The translations under genes and the position numbers were made by a program. Positions 61,968 through 64,000 of a DNA stretch of 64,000 nucleotides are shown piece by piece. The notes below the pieces were generated by a model. That model was not told the origin of the DNA. It saw only the letters and a list, made by a program, of their open reading frames with translations, and ran no database searches. Source of the DNA: an uncultured Chloroflexia bacterium (GTDB taxonomy: Bacteria > Chloroflexota > Limnocylindria > QHBO01); assembly GCA_963810925.1 (NCBI GenBank), contig CAWEPF010000010.1:333695-397694 (forward strand). Direction: 5' to 3'. Positions within the stretch are counted from its first letter, which is position 1. Each line of letters begins with the position of its first letter.

Positions 61968-63326
61968 GTGGAAGCATTAGCTTCGTTCTTCAAGTTCCAC
62001 GAACGGGGTACATCGGTCGGCACCGAAATCCGGGCCGGCGTCACAACGTTCCTGGTGATGGTCTACATCGTCGCCTTGAACCCGGCGATCATCGCCGGTC
62101 CTTTGGGTCTCGATCCGGTGGCGGTAGCGGCGGGAACCGCGCTGGTAGCCGGCGTCATGACCCTGGCGATGGGACTGCTCACCAACTATCCGTTTGCGTT
62201 GGCAGCGGGACTTGGCCTGAATGCGGTCGTCGCGTTCTATCTGGTTCTCACCCTCGGCATGACGCCGGCCCAGGCCATGGGCGTGATCGTCATCGAGGGC
62301 GTGATCATCTCCCTGCTGGTCGTGGTCGGCCTGCGGGAAGCGATCATGAATGCGGTGCCGCTGGGCCTGAAGCGGGCCATTGGCGTGGGCATCGGTCTGT
62401 TCATCCTGTTCATCGGCTTCTGGGATGGCGGACTCATTGCCGGCGTTTCGCCCGATTCGACCCCACCACCACCACCGCCACCACTCGCGTTCCAGTTCCC
62501 GACGGACATCGCCGACGCGGTGTTCCTGCTGGGGCTGCTCATCACGTTCGCGCTGTGGGCGTTGAAGATCAGGGGTGCCCTGATCATCAGCATCGTCGTC
62601 ACGACCGTGATCGCGATCCTCACCGGAGTCCAGGCCATCCCGACCGAGTTCGTCTGGACGCCGAGCTTCAGCACGCTCGGCCTGGGACTGCAGGACATCC
62701 CCGGGATCTTCACGATCCAGGCCGGGGCTCTGGCCGCTGTCCTGGCCATCTTCACGATCATGCTGAGTGACTTCTTCGACACGATGGGGACGGTGACCGG
62801 CATTGCTGCCGAGGCCGGCTTATCGCAAGAAGATGGTTCTGTTCCCGGTGTCGGCCGGGTGCTGCTCATCGACGGCCTCGCGGCCGTCGCCGGCGGCGCT
62901 GCGGGCGTCAGCTCGAACACCACGTTCATCGAGAGCGCAGCCGGCGTTGGAGACGGCGGGCGGACCGGGATGACATCGGTCACCACCGGTCTCCTGTTCC
63001 TGGCCGTCATCTTCCTGGCACCGATTGTGCAGATCATTCCGGTGCAGGCCACCGCTCCGGCGCTGGTCCTGGTCGGATTCCTGATGTTCACCCAGATTGG
63101 CGAGATCGACGTCCGGGACATCTACACCGGTCTCCCGGCGCTCCTGATCATGATCCTCATGCCGTTGACCTTCACGATCACGATCGGCATCGGCGCCGGC
63201 ATCGTGGTGTGGGTCTTCCTCCAGGTCGTGGGCCGCAAGTGGAGCGAGGTCCACTGGCTCATGTGGATCGTGGCCCTGGCCTTCCTCGTTTTCTTCGCCC
63301 AGGCGTTCCTCTCCCAGTACATCTGA
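61968..63326 (+). CDS. NCS2-family purine permease (AzgA / guanine-hypoxanthine permease-like)
   Basis: The GTG at 61968 (MEALASFFKFHERGTSVGTEIRAGVTTFLVMVYIV) is preceded by GAGGAGG. An unusual PPPPPPP run sits in a loop (62461-62486). Confidence 0.8.
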   Translation: MEALASFFKFHERGTSVGTEIRAGVTTFLVMVYIVALNPAIIAGPLGLDPVAVAAGTALVAGVMTLAMGLLTNYPFALAAGLGLNAVVAFYLVLTLGMTPAQAMGVIVIEGVIISLLVVVGLREAIMNAVPLGLKRAIGVGIGLFILFIGFWDGGLIAGVSPDSTPPPPPPPLAFQFPTDIADAVFLLGLLITFALWALKIRGALIISIVVTTVIAILTGVQAIPTEFVWTPSFSTLGLGLQDIPGIFTIQAGALAAVLAIFTIMLSDFFDTMGTVTGIAAEAGLSQEDGSVPGVGRVLLIDGLAAVAGGAAGVSSNTTFIESAAGVGDGGRTGMTSVTTGLLFLAVIFLAPIVQIIPVQATAPALVLVGFLMFTQIGEIDVRDIYTGLPALLIMILMPLTFTITIGIGAGIVVWVFLQVVGRKWSEVHWLMWIVALAFLVFFAQAFLSQYI

Positions 63327-63399
63327 CGCCTGTCCTGAAACCGATGACGCCCGGCCGGGCCATCCGGCCGGGCGTCGTGCTACCCGCTAGCCTCTCGGC

Positions 63400-64000
63400 G
63401 TGACCGATACGACGGCGGACCGGCTGCGGGTCGACGACTTCGACTATGACCTCCCGCGCGAGGCGATCGCCCAAACCCCGGCCGAGCCGCGCGACGCCAG
63501 CCGCCTCCTCGTCTTCGACCGCCGTACCTCCGAGCCCGGGCGCCCGGCCCTCGAGCACGGGCACTTTTCGGAGCTCCTCCGCTGGCTTGATCCGGGGGAT
63601 CTGCTCGTCGTGAATGACAGCCGCGTGCTCCGCGCGCGCCTTCGCGGCCAGCGCCCCGGCGGGGGAGCGGCGGAGATCCTCCTCCTGCGGCCGCTGGACG
63701 ACGGACGCTGGGAGGCGCTCGTCCGGCCATCCCGGCGTCTTGCGCCCGGCGCGTCCGTGACCCTGGCCGACGGGAAGGCGGTGGTCGTCGAGGAGCGACG
63801 CGCCGAGGGGACCCGCGCCGTCCGGCTTCCGGGCGACGCCACCTCGCTCATGGACAGCGCGGGCGAGATGCCGCTCCCGCCGTACATCACCGCTCGCGAG
63901 GCCCCCGACGAGCGCTACCAGACCGTGTACGCCGAGCCGCCCGGCTCGGCTGCGGCGCCAACGGCCGGGCTCCATTTCACGCCCCGTCTCCTGGACGAGC
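63400..64000 (+). CDS. queA: S-adenosylmethionine:tRNA ribosyltransferase-isomerase; N-terminal part only, runs off the window
   Basis: GTG start. VDDFDYDLPREAIAQTPAEPRDASRLLVF...GEMPLPPYI matches QueA. Confidence 0.85.
   Translation, partial: MTDTTADRLRVDDFDYDLPREAIAQTPAEPRDASRLLVFDRRTSEPGRPALEHGHFSELLRWLDPGDLLVVNDSRVLRARLRGQRPGGGAAEILLLRPLDDGRWEALVRPSRRLAPGASVTLADGKAVVVEERRAEGTRAVRLPGDATSLMDSAGEMPLPPYITAREAPDERYQTVYAEPPGSAAAPTAGLHFTPRLLDE

Overview
This is a ~70% GC chromosomal segment with Actinomycetota-like features (frequent GTG/TTG starts, a septum-formation family protein, DUF2255, LigD, paa genes). I see no rRNA, tRNA, CRISPR array, transposase or integrase. Gene order is described along the + strand.

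Genes found, in order:
- an aminotransferase fragment, a HAD hydrolase and a complete three-domain LigD (PE-Lig-Pol order)
- an XRE/TPR regulator, then a small module of a membrane protein, a CX5R phosphatase and a double zinc-ribbon septum-formation protein
- a large TM0106-family RecB-like nuclease/SF1-helicase gene broken by five frameshifts
- a block of assorted enzymes (methyltransferase, CADD/PqqC-like protein, ASCH, alpha/beta hydrolase, membrane-anchored Mo-oxidoreductase, DAG-kinase-like protein, PRC-barrel, DUF2255)
- paaABCD
- the conserved thrS-[sulP]-infC-rpmI-rplT-pheS-pheT cluster
- a cvpA/mpg ORF, mutS2, class A PBP, tyrS, an EF-G paralogue, a duplicated AI-2E transporter and a Ca2+/cation antiporter
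- yebC-ruvC-ruvA
- an ~17.7 kb block between ruvA and ruvB carrying a CoA-binding gene, a lower-GC GH63-like hydrolase, a purine-catabolism cluster (uraH, uraD, uricase, allantoinase-like, malate synthase, xanthine dehydrogenase xdhLSM with xdhC and mocA maturation genes, D-aminoacylase) and several uncharacterised small genes
- ruvB, an NCS2 purine permease and the start of queA

The most notable observations:
- The ruvAB operon is split by the purine-catabolic block.
- The nuclease-helicase gene is heavily frameshifted.
- Single-base indels, mostly extra G/C in homopolymer runs, recur in otherwise intact conserved genes, including essential pheS and pheT. That pattern argues for sequencing error and calls for caution in naming pseudogenes.
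- A promoter, hairpin and U-tailed terminator in one intergenic region look like a candidate small RNA.

I could not define a convincingly new multi-gene system from sequence alone. The best candidates are scored below.
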